A DNA stretch of 64,000 bases. Source: Eledone cirrhosa (lineage: Eukaryota). The position numbers and the translations under genes are program-made. Location of the stretch: the NCBI GenBank assembly GCA_964016885.1, contig OZ024740.1, positions 181,536,001 to 181,600,000 on the forward strand. Reading direction: 5' to 3'. Shown here piece by piece: positions 13,940-26,843 of this stretch. The first letter of the stretch is position 1. Each line of letters starts with the position of its first letter. The notes under the pieces are model-generated. The model was not told the DNA's origin. It did not search any database and saw only the letters and a list, made by a program, of their open reading frames with translations.

Positions 13940-15069
13940 TGTCTCTATGTTTGTCAGTGTATGTGTGTGTATATATTTGTCAGTGTATGTGTGTGTGTGT
14001 AAAGTAATATATTAACTATTTAATATGCCGGTTGCAGCTGGATAACGTCCTTCACCCAATTGGCGCAGATTTGGGAAGGCTAGTGTATGGTTTTGAAAGA
14101 CGTGTTTAAACTTTATTTATGACTGGTGCAGCATACGTATGCGTTTCGGGTTGATTGTAGTATCATGATATGCGTTCGAGTTACTCTGAGGATAACATGA
14201 TTTGGTTTAGATTTGATTACGTTTTATATTTATATTTATATATATATATAATAGGAAAAAGTATGACCCCGACGGCAGAGCTCAAGCCGCTTCGACTGCT
14301 CTTTCTGGACTAAATTAGAATTGTTAGCCTAGTGAATGAATAGCCCAACTTGTCAAGGGGGTACTTCCTTATATGGGAAGATTATAGGTGTCAAGAGGAT
14401 TGGTTAAAATTTGTTTTAAACACAAATAAGTCTATCATGGCATTTGGTGGGGAGTAGGGGTGGCTGAACTTGCCTGTACAACAATAGGGGAGTGAGTGGA
14501 GCGGTCAAGCGTTGAATGTGATATGTATACAGCAGATTTAAGGATATGTATGAAATGGAGGAGGGAGGTTATAGAATAGGTAAATCGAATGAGAGTAGGA
14601 GACATTAAAACATACTAGAAAGAAATAAAAAAAATATATAAAATTAGATAGTGAGAAATGATTAAAAAAAAATCACAATGTTATCTTACAATTACGGGTT
14701 AATAAGTTAGAATAGAAAAAACTTGTAGAATGAGTAGTAACAAAACTGATACAAAATGAAAGGGGTTTTAACATATCTGCTATAAGTAGTTAGTAAAACG
14801 TATTCGGCCAATTCTATCTTAAATTTACAGGGGTGGGGGAACTGATGTTACAGAGGCCCGATTGGCTGCATCGGGGTAGGCGAATGGGGAAAAGCAGAGG
14901 AGGAATAAAATATGGGGTGGAAGGAAGTGACTGGATGAGACAGAGTGAAGAAGAAGAAGACAAAGAGGAAGAGAAAAGAGATACATCTACCTATATGAGC
15001 TGGAGTTTTCCCTAACCTATTCGGCAAGTGGGGCGGGGGGTATCAGCCCTTGTCTACCCACCCGGGTGG

Positions 15070-17048
15070 TTATGGGGTTTGAGGGCGAGGTAAGTCCTAC
15101 GCAAACTGTGTTTGCATACGGTTACCAGTTCGTCTTTCTTGAGTAGGAGTTGCTCCTTCGAAAACAGCATTTGTAATGTTTCCAACGAGCATAAGTTACA
15201 CGGACGGCGTCCTCCCGTGTAAGAGTTAGCTCTGGACAGTAAGCTCCAAGTCAGATTGTAGGTTATATTATTATCTTGGAGGTCTCAGATGTGGCCCGAA
15301 AGTGTAGTGGTATGTCGGTGTTGGTAGAGCCGACTCTTGAGGTCACACGCGGTTAATCCTATATAAGCTTTGTTGGATGTGTCCTTGCTCCCGTTGCACT
15401 GGGAGATCCCGTTACCTTCTCGGCATTTGCTCTTGAGTGGGCACGTAGATCTATCAGGGCAGTTACACCTCCTGGTCGGCTTCCACTGATGTCTAGGTTA
15501 TTTCTTCCATTAAGTTGAGTTTTCTGTTGTTTGGGGAGACGATGTTTTGTGCCAAGTTAGGTGTGGTGCTGTAGGAGAGTTTGATGGTGTTTTTGTTGAT
15601 TATTTTGTGGTAGCGGTGTTGTAGTGGGAAGTGTTTTTCGAGGAGTCTAAAGAAGATTTTCCCGACAGGTGTTGCCTCCTCGGCATTATGGGGAGGATTG
15701 AAACACGTTACGTTGTGTGATCGGCGCTGTCGCCTGCTGGATCCGCTAAGAGAAGCTGGATAAAAAGATATTTCCTTCCGGAAGCTACTCCGCTTGAGGG
15801 CCTGGTTATAATGAGGCGCGTGTTCGTCAAATATCTGCTCATTAGCGGACAAACGAGATATGCGGAGGGAGATGTTTTTAACCATGTTATTAGTGATGTT
15901 TCTAGGATGGGTAGAGCGGCGGTGGATGTCGTTTGGTTTCCTGTATGGGTAGTACAGATCATTTTCGAGGTTAAGGGTAACGTCCAGGAAATTGACTCGG
16001 GTTGGGGACGTTTGTAGGGTAATTTTAAATCCCCAGCCCCGGAAGAAGTTGATTAGTTGTTAACGGACCCGATCTGTACTACTGGAGTTGTACTCTTTAA
16101 GGGTAAGGAGCCCATCATCCTGGTACAAACCACCGCCGAATGCAGGAAACATTTCGGTGAGTTTAAATAGTAGGAATAATCCTATAAGATCTGTGACCTC
16201 GGCCGAATCCGTCGCGCCCATACTGACTTCGAAGGGGGAGTCGGGTGCTCTCTTTATTCACTTGAGTTGTCGAAAAGTAAGACTGTCTTCCTGGCGTGGA
16301 GAATGATATTTCTTTCCTGATCAGTGATGGGTGTGAGTGTTTCGGCAAAGTCCAAGGCGTCCGTAAGGAGCGGTAAGGTAATAGATGCATAGAAACTCTC
16401 TATGTTAAACTGGATGAATTTTGTGTCTCGTTTGTCCTCCATATTCCCTGAACACTGAGATTACTTCCTGGCTGCTGACCCATAGGCTAAGTCTCCCGCT
16501 TTGCTTAACTTTTGGTATAACTCGGTCTAGGATATTTTTACTGATTTTCCCTATGTCCGACTTCGTTTGGTTTATAAGCCTAATGGATGGTTTGCGGTCC
16601 TTCAGTGTGAAGTAGGGAATCTGTGGGTCTAGGGGTTCAGTGTGGTCGGCGACCCCGAGGCTGGAGGTAATTTGTTGTCCATCTCAATTTATATCCTCCA
16701 TAATTGAATGGTTAGCCTTTTTATAGGTGGAGTTTAGTCTGCTCCTGATCAGTGTGTGGTATCTGTCAAGGTTGACGAAGTAGAGGTTTCCTGTTTTGTC
16801 CGAGTGTACCATGATGTCGTTGGTGTTTTCATACTCTGTTATTTTGGTACGGAGTTGTAGGTGTCTGTTGTGTCTGGGTTTGAATTTAATGTCTTGATCA
16901 GGTGGAAAAGGTCGTTCTCGAAGGGTGTGAGCATAGGGGTCGGAGGGGGAGATTTGAAGGTATTTAATCCGAATCTCTCTTTGCTGTCGAAGTCCTGAGT
17001 GTCGCGGTATCTATCGTAGAAAAAAGTTCTCCATCTTAGTCTTTTCGC
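15070..17048 (-). pseudogene. PLE reverse transcriptase + GIY-YIG endonuclease, frameshifted
   Basis: Motifs KRLRWRTFF, SDKTGNLY, RLINQTKSDIGKISK, FIQFNIESFYASI, VSMGATDSAEVTDLIG, GLYQDDGL, FLDVTL, CNCPDRSTCPL, CNLCSLETL, CKH. Confidence 0.9.
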
Positions 17049-17961
17049 AAAAAGATAATAATATAACCTACAATCTCACTTGGAGGTTACTGTCCAGAGC
17101 TAACTCTTACACGGGAAGACGCCGTCCGTGTAACTTATGCTCGGAGGAAACATTACAAATGCTGTTTTCGAAGGACCAACTGCTAAACAAGAAAGACGAA
17201 CTGGTAACCGCATGCAAACACAGATTGCGTAGGACTTACCTCGCCCTCAAACCCCATAACAACCCGTGTGGGTCGACAAGGGCTGATAACCCTCCACTTG
17301 CCAAATAAGTTAGGGAAAACCCCAGCTTACATAGGTAGATGTATCTCTTTTCTCTTCCTCTTTGTCTTCTTCTTCTTCCCCCTGTCTCATCCTATCACTT
17401 CCTTCCACCCCCTATTTTCCTCCTCGTCTGCTTTTCCCCATTCGCCTACCACGATGCAGCCTATCGGGCCTCTGTAGCATCAGTTCCCCCACCCCTGTAA
17501 TTTTAAGATAGAATTGGCCGAATACGTTTTACTAACTACTTATAGCAGATATGTTAAAACCCCTTTCATGTTGTATCAGTTTTGTTACTACTCATTCTAC
17601 AAGTATTTTCTATTCTCAACTTATTAACCTGTAATTGTAAGATAGCATTGTGAATTTTTTATTCATTTCTCACTATCTAATTTTATATATTTTTTTATTT
17701 ATTTCTAGTATGTATTACTATCTCCTACTCTCATTCGATTTACCTATTCTATAACCTCCCTCCTCCACTTCATACACTATCCTTAGAATCTGCTGTATAC
17801 ATATCACATTCAACACTTGACTCTCCACTCACTCCCCTATTGTTGTACAGGCAAGTTGAGCCACCCCTACCGACCACCCAATGCCATGATAGACTTATTT
17901 ATGTTTACAACAAATTTAACCAATACTCTTGACAACTACAATCTTCCCATATAAGGAAGTA

Positions 17962-18057
17962 CCCCCTTGATAAGTTGGGCTATTTATTCACCAGGCTAAA
18001 AATGCTAATTTAGTCCAGAAATAGCCGTCGAAACGGCTTGAGCTCTGCCGTCGGGGT
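17962..18057 (+). ncRNA. Type I hammerhead ribozyme, U3-A8 core variant, long stem II
   Basis: cccc-TTGATAA-gttgggctattt...aaatagccgtc-GAAA-cggc ttgagctct gccg-TC-gggg. The mirror copy at 14267-14361 (-) has TTGACAA and GAAG. Confidence 0.7.
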
Positions 18058-18067
18058 CATACTTTTT

Positions 18068-18134
<67 letters not shown>

Positions 18135-18169
18135 TTAATATATAAATATATATATAAATATATATACAC

Positions 18170-18350
18170 TTAATATAAAAATGGCTTCTACAGGACTAGA
18201 ACTGTTTCATTCGGGAGAAATCATTAGGAACCCCTGATATTTCCACAATGAAACAGTTCTAGTCCTGTAGAAACAATTTCTATATTAAATAGTTATACTC
18301 TGCTATGTAATGATTACGTTACTTACCGTGGTTACCTCCGATTGAACCTG
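18170..18350. mobile_element. Mini fold-back of two back-to-back degenerate hammerheads
   Basis: Minus: ttc-CTAATGA-tttctcccgaat-GAAA-cag ttctagtc ctg-TA-gaa. Plus: ctgatatttccacaat-GAAA-cag..ctg-TA-gaa. The tail is homologous to the reverse complement of 3560-3620. Confidence 0.7.
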
Positions 18351-18764
18351 GGATAAACTTCTGTATCTTTTATATATATATATTAGTAGTGTAAGTATGA
18401 AAAGGAAAATGGCTGTCGACATGCAAGTAATAGTTGTTCTTGTGCTTCATTACATTTTATGCAACGACATTTATTCTCAACAAAATGGCGACACTCACTG
18501 CATAGTTAAGGGAAGATAAGATATAAACTAGTAATAAACATTGTCTGAATTGAAATAACCCGGCTTAACAATTTCAACGAAGTTCAAACTAGTAGCAATT
18601 TTCGAATAAAACAGTTTGTTTGTATAGACTCCCGTATACTCCATGTTCTGTTGTAGCATGTTGTTCATAAAGACAAATACCACTTTCTTGATGGAAGAAC
18701 TTCGCATACTTGAAACTACATGCTTGATATTGTGCTTTGGTTACTTTTATACTTATGTACGACA

Positions 18765-20095
18765 GGACGGTGGATTGGCAGAATCTATAGAGTGTCGGTT
18801 GAAATGCTTCACACCATTTATTTACGGAGATTTACGCTCTGAGTTCGAACAACACCGAAAACAACTTATTTTATCCTTCCAAAGACAGTAGAATACTGTA
18901 TCAGTCAATTATTAGGGTTGATTTTATCAACTTTGCCCTTTCCCATATTTGCTAGGATTGTACGTAAAAACGAAATCAATATTTAAATACTATACTTACA
19001 CTTGACTTGACGTCATTGTTGCTGGTGTAAGTAAATTATATGAAAGTGGGTGTGAGGTACGTCTATTAGACTCAAAGCAATGCGTACACAGGGACAGCAA
19101 TCCTTCTTTATTATTATGCTTTGCGGCTTAACATTACGGTCCTTTACGTGCTGAGTTCAAATCCCACGAAGTACTTGGTCTTTCATCCTTACGGGGTCGA
19201 TAAACTAAAGCACCAGTAATGTACTGAGGTCGACTTTCCACTTCCCCAAAAGGTTGTTGGTCTTGTGCCTAAACCGGAAACCATTATTATTGGCAGTATA
19301 GGTAGGGGGTCGGACACCATGCTTTGACGCATAGAGTTACGGTGATATTCTGAGTTCAAATCCCGCTGACGTTAACTTTGCCTTTCTTCCTTACGGGGTC
19401 GATAAAATAAAGTACCAGTAATGAACTGGGTAATTGCTGGTCTTGTGCCAAAACTAGAAACAATTATTATGTGTTGTTTATATAGTTCCCTTCCTTTTCA
19501 TTATCTGTTCAAATCCCTTCAAGGTGAACTTTGCCTTTCTTCCGTATGGAGTCCATAAAATAAAACACCAGTCACACTGAAATCGATTTAATTGGCTTTT
19601 CTCTGCGCCAAAGTTGCTAGCTTTTTTGTCTAGATCAGGAACCAGTATCATCATTGTAAGGGCAGTGGATTGGCAGTGTCGGTAGAGGGTTGGACGGCCT
19701 GCATTGCAGCATAGAGTTACGGCCCTTTATGATCTGAATTCAATTCCCGCCGAGGTAACTTTGCCTTTCATACTTACGGGGTCGAGAAAATAGAGTACCA
19801 GTAACGTACTGGAGTCGATTTTATCGACTTTCCCCTCCCCCCAAATTACTGGCCTATACTAGAAATTATTACTATTATTACTATTATTATCAATGATATT
19901 ATTATTATTTGGGCGGTGGTTTGCAGTATCAGCAACCGTGCTTTGCAACATAGTGTTATGGCCCTTTACGTTCTGAGTTCAAATCCCGCCGAAGTTAGCT
20001 TTGCCTTTCATCCTTAGGGGATCGACAAAATAAATCACCAGTAATGCACTGTCGTAATTGCTGGCCTTGTGCCCAAAGTAGAAACAATTATTGTA
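18765..20095 (+). mobile_element. Tandem cluster of about 6 diverged tRNA-derived SINE copies (Meta/MESC-like core)
   Basis: Repeated B-box gagttcaaatccc followed by core ctttgcctttcatccttacggggtcgataaaataaagtaccag near 18840, 19155, 19350, 19510, 19735 and 19975. Confidence 0.88.
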
Positions 20096-21699
20096 TATTA
20101 TCTTCGGAACAAAGATTTTCTATTGGAAAAAAAGCTAATGAAAGACGGGTTTGGCATGATTGATCTGGTATAATTCCTTTTTGCATCAAGAATGCATTAC
20201 AGGAATATATTGGATTTTCCTGCCTTCAGGAAAATATAATATTCAGTACGTGTTCATCTTTAGTTAAATCGGGGGTGGCGTGAGTTCGATACCCGGTGAT
20301 GCATTGCATCAATGAGACATTTTATTTAACGTTTTTTCTAATCCACTTAATTGACAAAACTTAATTATACCTGCAATATAAAGCACCATTCCGTGACTCA
20401 GGGAATATCTCTGATAATTAATTTAACGGTATAGTTAATTAGAGTATTCTCGGCTGCTTTTACGTTAATTTTAAAAGTTGATTACTCTGTTGTTCGAATA
20501 ACTGGAACACTAGTTTGTGTTTAAAAACGTGGAATATTGCATTTATAAAGGATGATTATTGAAAAAAAATTAAACTTAAGAAGCTGGTAAGACTTGAACT
20601 CGTGTAGTTTGTATACGTCTCCGTGGTGTAATATTTGCATATTCCCGACTACAAGTATCTCTCCCAGTAAATAACGTATGCTAATATTGCTTGTTTAAAT
20701 GTAAACGAATATTTGGATATGCTACATACATACTTGTACCCATATCTGTATATATCAATGTATAAGGGTGTGTGTGTGTGTGTTTGAACATATTTCTGAA
20801 TCTTCTGGCTTTCCAAACAAGACTATATACATAAAGGCACGTACATACCAGGGTTATTTACCCGAACGCTGCAAAAAGGAAAATAACGTATTTTAGTCTT
20901 TAATAAAACGGTTGTATCTATTTGCGTTTGAATGGCATCTCATTCCAAGTAAAGTGGAATGTTTAAATATTTGTGAAATATTCGTAGCAGTCTATTAAAA
21001 TATAAAACAGAACTGTCAGCATTGAACTGTTTAATGGGAAAATGATATGGAAGAAAGAGAGGGATAGACACAAAGAAGAGACAAAGAGTGAGAACATAGA
21101 CAGATCAATATCAACTTTCTTCAATAACGAAGATGTCAAAACAATTTAAATAATAGAAGAAAAGTCCAGTGTTATTGCAAATATACTGCCGGTGTTCGTT
21201 AAACATGATTTCGATAAGAAAAATGTCATATGCTTTTCTAGCTTGAAATCAGAAATAAATGGAATGTGCATCAAAGAATGGTATGTCTAATTCGAAATTT
21301 GAGGCAATTTGAAGGGAATTATCTCTGTCGCAAGCATTCGTGTCAACGTCCTTTTGTGCTACTATTGAACTACGCTGGACATAGAATCTATCGAACTCAA
21401 TGGTCTGAGAGATCCTCCAAATATCGTGGGCACAGCCTACTACTACTACTACTACTGCTGCTGCTGCTCCTGCTACTACTACCACTGCTGCTACTACTTC
21501 TATTACTATTTGTGTCACGGTTCAACAGCGGTATATTTTCAAGATCTCCAGGGCCCTACCGAGAATATCTTTCATCTTTCCGGAGCCAAAATATTATAGT
21601 ACTAGTATATTACCGATGCCAATATAACTAAATTTTCCTCTTCCACACCGATTTGCTGTCCTTGTGCTAAATTTGAACCCATCCAATAAAGAAATCATT

Positions 21700-21880
21700 A
21701 TTCAGTATCGGTAGAGGGTCGGACGCCATGCTTTCCGGCATAGTTACGTTCCTTTACGATCTGAGTTCAAATCCCGCCGAGGTTGACTTTGCCTTTCATC
21801 CTTACGGAGTCAATAAAATAAAAGTACCAGTAATGCACTGGGTAATTGCTGGCCTTGTGCCTAAAGTAGTTACAATTATT
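21700..21880 (+). mobile_element. SINE copy (same family)
   Basis: B-box, core and 3' gctggccttgtgcctaaagtag. Confidence 0.9.
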
Positions 21881-22814
21881 ACATCAAATCAGTTTCTGCA
21901 GATATATGATCAATGGCTTTCGAAACAACGATTATCCCGTTTTATCGGTATTATACAAAACTAGTTCGTGCAATATTTCTTTACCTTATGTAAAAAACAA
22001 TAAGACGTCATTTAAAGAAAATTTGGTTACTATTTCTAGCATTCCGATGAATTACGCTGAGATTACCTCGGCTATAAAAAGATAGATTTTTAATCTAGTT
22101 ATCATTGAATCACCCAAGATGTAGGATATTTATGTCTAAAATATTCCGATGCAATCTTGATCAAACCTTCGTTTTAATGTTCTTTAACACTACATTATAT
22201 AATATACATTTGGTTGTCTAATATGAGGTATAATTTTAGAAGGATTTGGCAGCTGTGTCTTGAAGATCGAATTATTAAGAGTTTTACTCAGATCTATAGA
22301 AACTGGAATGTTGTTCTTGTTTACACTTACCTTCTATCAGCCTGGATTAAGCAAGCGTATCATGAAAAAAGTTCAGAACTCTGATAATCTTGTCATATTA
22401 TATATGATGTCTGCAAAGTCTGGACACATAGGAAATATCACTATTTATAACTATAAAACCTTTTTCTCCCCAGATTTAATATGGGTTTGTCGAAAAAAGG
22501 AATGATTGAACCAATACTTCTCAATGGACGTGAATAATGGTCATGTAGAAAGATAGCAGATATGTTTAAAGCTCATCATCATGGAAGGACAACAGACATT
22601 AGGGCCCTCCTATATAGGAGCACACAATCTATTATGTCCGTTTCTTAAGGTAGTGAGCTGTAATTTGAGAAAGATTTGGCTATAAGTTCTTCCAAGAATA
22701 ATGAATACGAAGAGAATAACACTGAACAGACCTGCGCACCTCAAGCGATAGACACCTGAACTGTTGACATCTCAACATGACTGCAACTCAATCAAGCGGA
22801 AAAGGACAATCTTC

Positions 22815-23235
22815 GACAAACCTACATTTGGCGCGAAACCAGTTCGCACTAAAATCCATTTAAACAGTCACGTGACATCTACCGACCAATCAAAATTGTT
22901 TTTACTACAAGAATTTTTGCAACACGAATTAACGCGAAATGTATAATGCTTATTCACGTGACATTCAACAACCAACCAAATTTTAATACCTCCCGAGCCA
23001 CCTTTTTCACATAAACCAGGAAGAATTCTAAAACTGATCAGATTAGAGCAAAAATCACGAACACTCCATCTCAAAATTATTTTTGAAAACCATAGGAAAT
23101 GCGCAACCGGTAAAAACTTAAAACTAAACCTGATTACTAACCAATACTTATTACAAATTTATAATTATACCGAATTAAACTATTTTTCATTTTGAAAAAT
23201 TTGTCAGCATTTCCTTTTCCTTTTTACTAATATAT
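22815..23235 (+). mobile_element. 3' non-coding fragment of the PLE family seen at 31058-32605
   Basis: Diverged reverse complement of about 31058-31425; ends near (CT)n/(TA)n. Confidence 0.7.
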
Positions 23236-23270
23236 CACAAATCATGTGTCACACCTCTATTTTTTGAAAA

Positions 23271-23351
<81 letters not shown>

Positions 23352-23359
23352 ATATATAT

Positions 23360-23420
<61 letters not shown>

Positions 23421-23546
23421 AAAGTTTTATTTAAAATGTTGGGTTACAACGAGTAAATATTTTATAACTGATATAAAAGCACTCAACAGGTTTTGGAGTA
23501 TTTTACGATATTAAACAAATGGTAATTACATTTATAAAACCATATT

Positions 23547-23612
23547 TATTTCATTATATATATTTCAGGGATATCATATTAAAAATATGGTATGCCCTCT
23601 TCAGATAAAATA
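23547..23612 (-). ncRNA. Type I hammerhead ribozyme (mirror of 28186-28251)
   Basis: Reverse complement of the 28186 motif. Confidence 0.8.
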
Positions 23613-24954
23613 CAATATATAGACAGCTTTATAAATAAATTTGACATACCTTAGAGTTCGCAACTTCCATTTAAAAAGTTGTTACGGTAGTGAAAATGTT
23701 AAGGACGGTTAGAAAGAAAGACGGAGAGAAAAAAGGAAAAAGAAAAAGAAGGAGAAAAGAAAAAGAAAGAGCGGAAGGTGAAGAAGATGAAGAAATGTAT
23801 GTAAAGAGAAAATTACCAAATGAGAGATCTATGAGGGAAGGGGGTACTGTAATTATTCATTTGTTTATTTATTTATTTAGTGTTAAGGATACGGGGAGAA
23901 ATAAAAATAAAAACAAAATAAAGAGAGGTAGATCGAGTAATATCTATTATACGAGGTGGGAGAGATAGGGGAGGGGTGATATACAGGAGATAGAGTTAAA
24001 CCAGCCGATATAAGAGTAGAAGGGAGGGGGAGAGGTGATATACTTAGAACCAAAAATGATAGTTTTAAAATATTATGTTTCATCAGTCTATCAATTCCTA
24101 TGAATTGTAATGTAAACATCAATATTCATGAATGAGACACATATCAATAATGTGTGAAAAAATAGTGACTATATGTTTAGTTTAAAAATTCATAGGTTTA
24201 TAATCAAAATCTGAGATAAAACCTCAAAAAAAACTACTGGAATACATAGGTATATATGTATTTTCATGAAAAAAGAGAAAAGAGAAAGAAAAAGAGAAGG
24301 CTATCTCAAACTGACATTATAGACACATGTGAGTTTACATGATCAGCTCTGTAAATTTTTATTTCACATGGAACTCTTCATTGCGTTAACAAGATTTTAC
24401 CATACACATAAGTGTACATACATATATATATACATAAAATATACATTATTAATAATAATAATATTCTTGCCCTTTTTTACATGATTATCGTACAATCATA
24501 GAATAGAACAGATATCAATATATTAAAATATTAAAAAATTAAAATATTAAAAACGCCAAGAATATTTTCCTCCCCAGAATATCTAGGGCCGTAATAAAAA
24601 CACAGTGTGCCCAGCATATCAATCAATCCCTCCAATTTATTTGACAATACTGCCAAGTTTATTAGAAGCAATCAGAGTCAAAAGCAAACAAAACCAAAAT
24701 TATTCACCAAACTTATTTAGCAGAAATCATTCAAAAAAAACTTTAGGATGCTCGGTTGTTCTACAGATGCTCTTATATTTATTCTAGAAGTTTATCTAGC
24801 ATAACAATTTTATTCAATAGATTTGGATCATCACCGTTTTAAGGTAGTTTAATTACATTATTAATTATATATTCATGGAGAAGGTTTAAAGAATTGAAGG
24901 AATCGAAAGAAATCGCCAAGTTTTCTAAAATAATTAAAAGTCTTAAGTAAATAT

Positions 24955-26058
24955 ATTACATTTTAAACTTATATTTATATTTAAAAGTTGAGTTCAATCT
25001 ATGTCTGCAGCAACTGAATAAATTGGTCCGTAAATTAAGGGAATTTTTAGATTTTAGTATAAAGAATATCTCCTCTGCGCAGAGGTCACATATCTCAGAG
25101 GAGGAATTAAAAGGAATCCCTCTTGAGACTATATTCCAAACCGTCGAATATCCAACGTTATTATGTTTAAGTTGCCAGAGTAAGCCTGATAGTGATGTTG
25201 AAGATTTTTGTTTGGATCTGTGAAAGAATACTTGTGATTATTATAGCGAAGTTTAAATTCTGTCGAGGTGGAACCAACATAATTAAAAGAATTTAAGTCA
25301 GTTTTAACATTACAGTTGTATATTATATTTTTAACTAAGCAATTGTTATTTAACGGGCATTTAGATCTATCTCTACAGTTACAGTTGTTTACTTGAATAT
25401 TGTTTATGCTATTATCGGTATTTTGGCTAGGTTTTAGATTTCTATTATTTATTCTATTAATATTTTGTGCTAAATTTTTGGTGGACGAGTAGGCTAATTT
25501 TATAGTATGTCTATTGAAAATTGAGTGATACTTATGTGTTCTAGGGAATCGTTTGTCAAGAGCATTAAGAAATAGTTTAGCGATGTGGGTTTTAATGTTT
25601 AGTGAGAAAGGGGGGGGGGGCAAACCAAATTATGTTTCTAGTTCTATTCCTTTTCTGGTTTTTGGAATTATTGTAATTCTTTCTATTATAGTTGTTAAAG
25701 TTGTTACCGTAATTAAAATTGTTGTTATTTTGGTTAGTTTGTCTATTATTATCGATGTACATAATTTTATCACTATATCCTGCTCTAGCTAACGCTTCAT
25801 TGTAATAGTGGGCTTTTTGGTCGAAAATATTTTTATTAGATGAGATTCTAGATATACGTTTATGAACAGAGTTCACTATAGTATTTTTAACAGATCTGGG
25901 GTGGTTGGAGTTAAAGTTGACATAATTCAAGTTTTCATTTAACTTGTGAAATGGATTGTGAAGACATGTGTTGAGATTTAATGTTACATCTAGGAAATTG
26001 ACTATTCTATGGTTATTCTCAATTTCTATTTTTAGATTAAGGTAATTAAAAAACTGTA
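24955..26058 (-). pseudogene. PLE RT C-terminus + GIY-YIG endonuclease (left arm; homopolymer frameshifts)
   Basis: NFLDVTLNL, SNHP, RNIIWFAPP, CNCRDRSKCPLNNNCL, NYVGST, FKLRYNNH, CDLCAEE, CCRH. Confidence 0.9.
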
Positions 26059-26189
26059 TAACCAAAATAACAACAATTTTAATTACGGTACAACTTTAAC
26101 AACTATAATAGAAAGAATTACAATAATTCCAAAAAGCAGAAAAGGAATAGAACTAGAAACATAATTTGGTTTGCCCCCCCCCCCCCCCC

Positions 26190-26843
26190 TTCTCACTAAA
26201 CATTAAAACCCACATCGCTAAACTATTTTTTAATGCTCTTGACAAACGATTCCCTAGAACACATAAGTATCACTCAATTTTGAATAGACATACTATAAAA
26301 TTAACCTACTCGTCCACCAAAAATTAAGCACAAAATATTAATAGAATAAATAATAGAAATCTAAAACCTAGCCAAAATACCGATAATAGCATAAACAATA
26401 TTCAAGTAAACAACTGTAACTGTAGAGATAGATCTAAATGCCCGTTAAATAACAATTGCTTAGTTAAAAATATAATATACAACTGTAATGTTAAAACTGA
26501 CTTAAATTCTTTTAATTATGTTGGTTCCACCTCGACAGAATTTAAACTTCGCTATAATAATCACAAGTATTCTTTCACAGATCCAAACAAAAAATCTTCA
26601 ACATCACTATCAGGCTTACTCTGGCAGCTTAAACATAATAACGTTGGATATTCGACGGTTTGGAATATAGTCTCAAGAGGGATTTCTTTTAATTCCTCCT
26701 CTGAGACATGTGACCTCTGCGCAGAGGAGATATTCTTTATACTAAAATCTAAAAATTCCCTTAATTTACGGACCAATTTATTCAGTTGCTGCAGACATAG
26801 ATTGAACTCAACTTTTAAATATAAATATAAGTTTAAAATGTAA
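26190..26843 (+). pseudogene. PLE GIY-YIG endonuclease region (right arm; frame open through the nuclease, no RT)
   Basis: Mirror of the left arm. An extra A at about 26590 restores the frame to a TAA at 26841-26843. Confidence 0.8.

Larger units (their letters stand above)
14251..18072 (-). mobile_element. Near full-length degraded PLE (Naiad-like) with about 1.02-kb inverted pLTR, inserted in (TA)n
   Basis: Arms 14251-15278 and 17052-18072 (over 90% identity by eye). TA repeats on both sides. RT + GIY-YIG pseudogene inside. Confidence 0.92.

Noticed and set aside
18765-20095. Regularly spaced repeats superficially like a CRISPR array or tRNA cluster
   Set aside because: The units are diverged SINEs of about 200 bp with homologous spacers. 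There are no cas genes and no full cloverleaf, and the context is eukaryotic.
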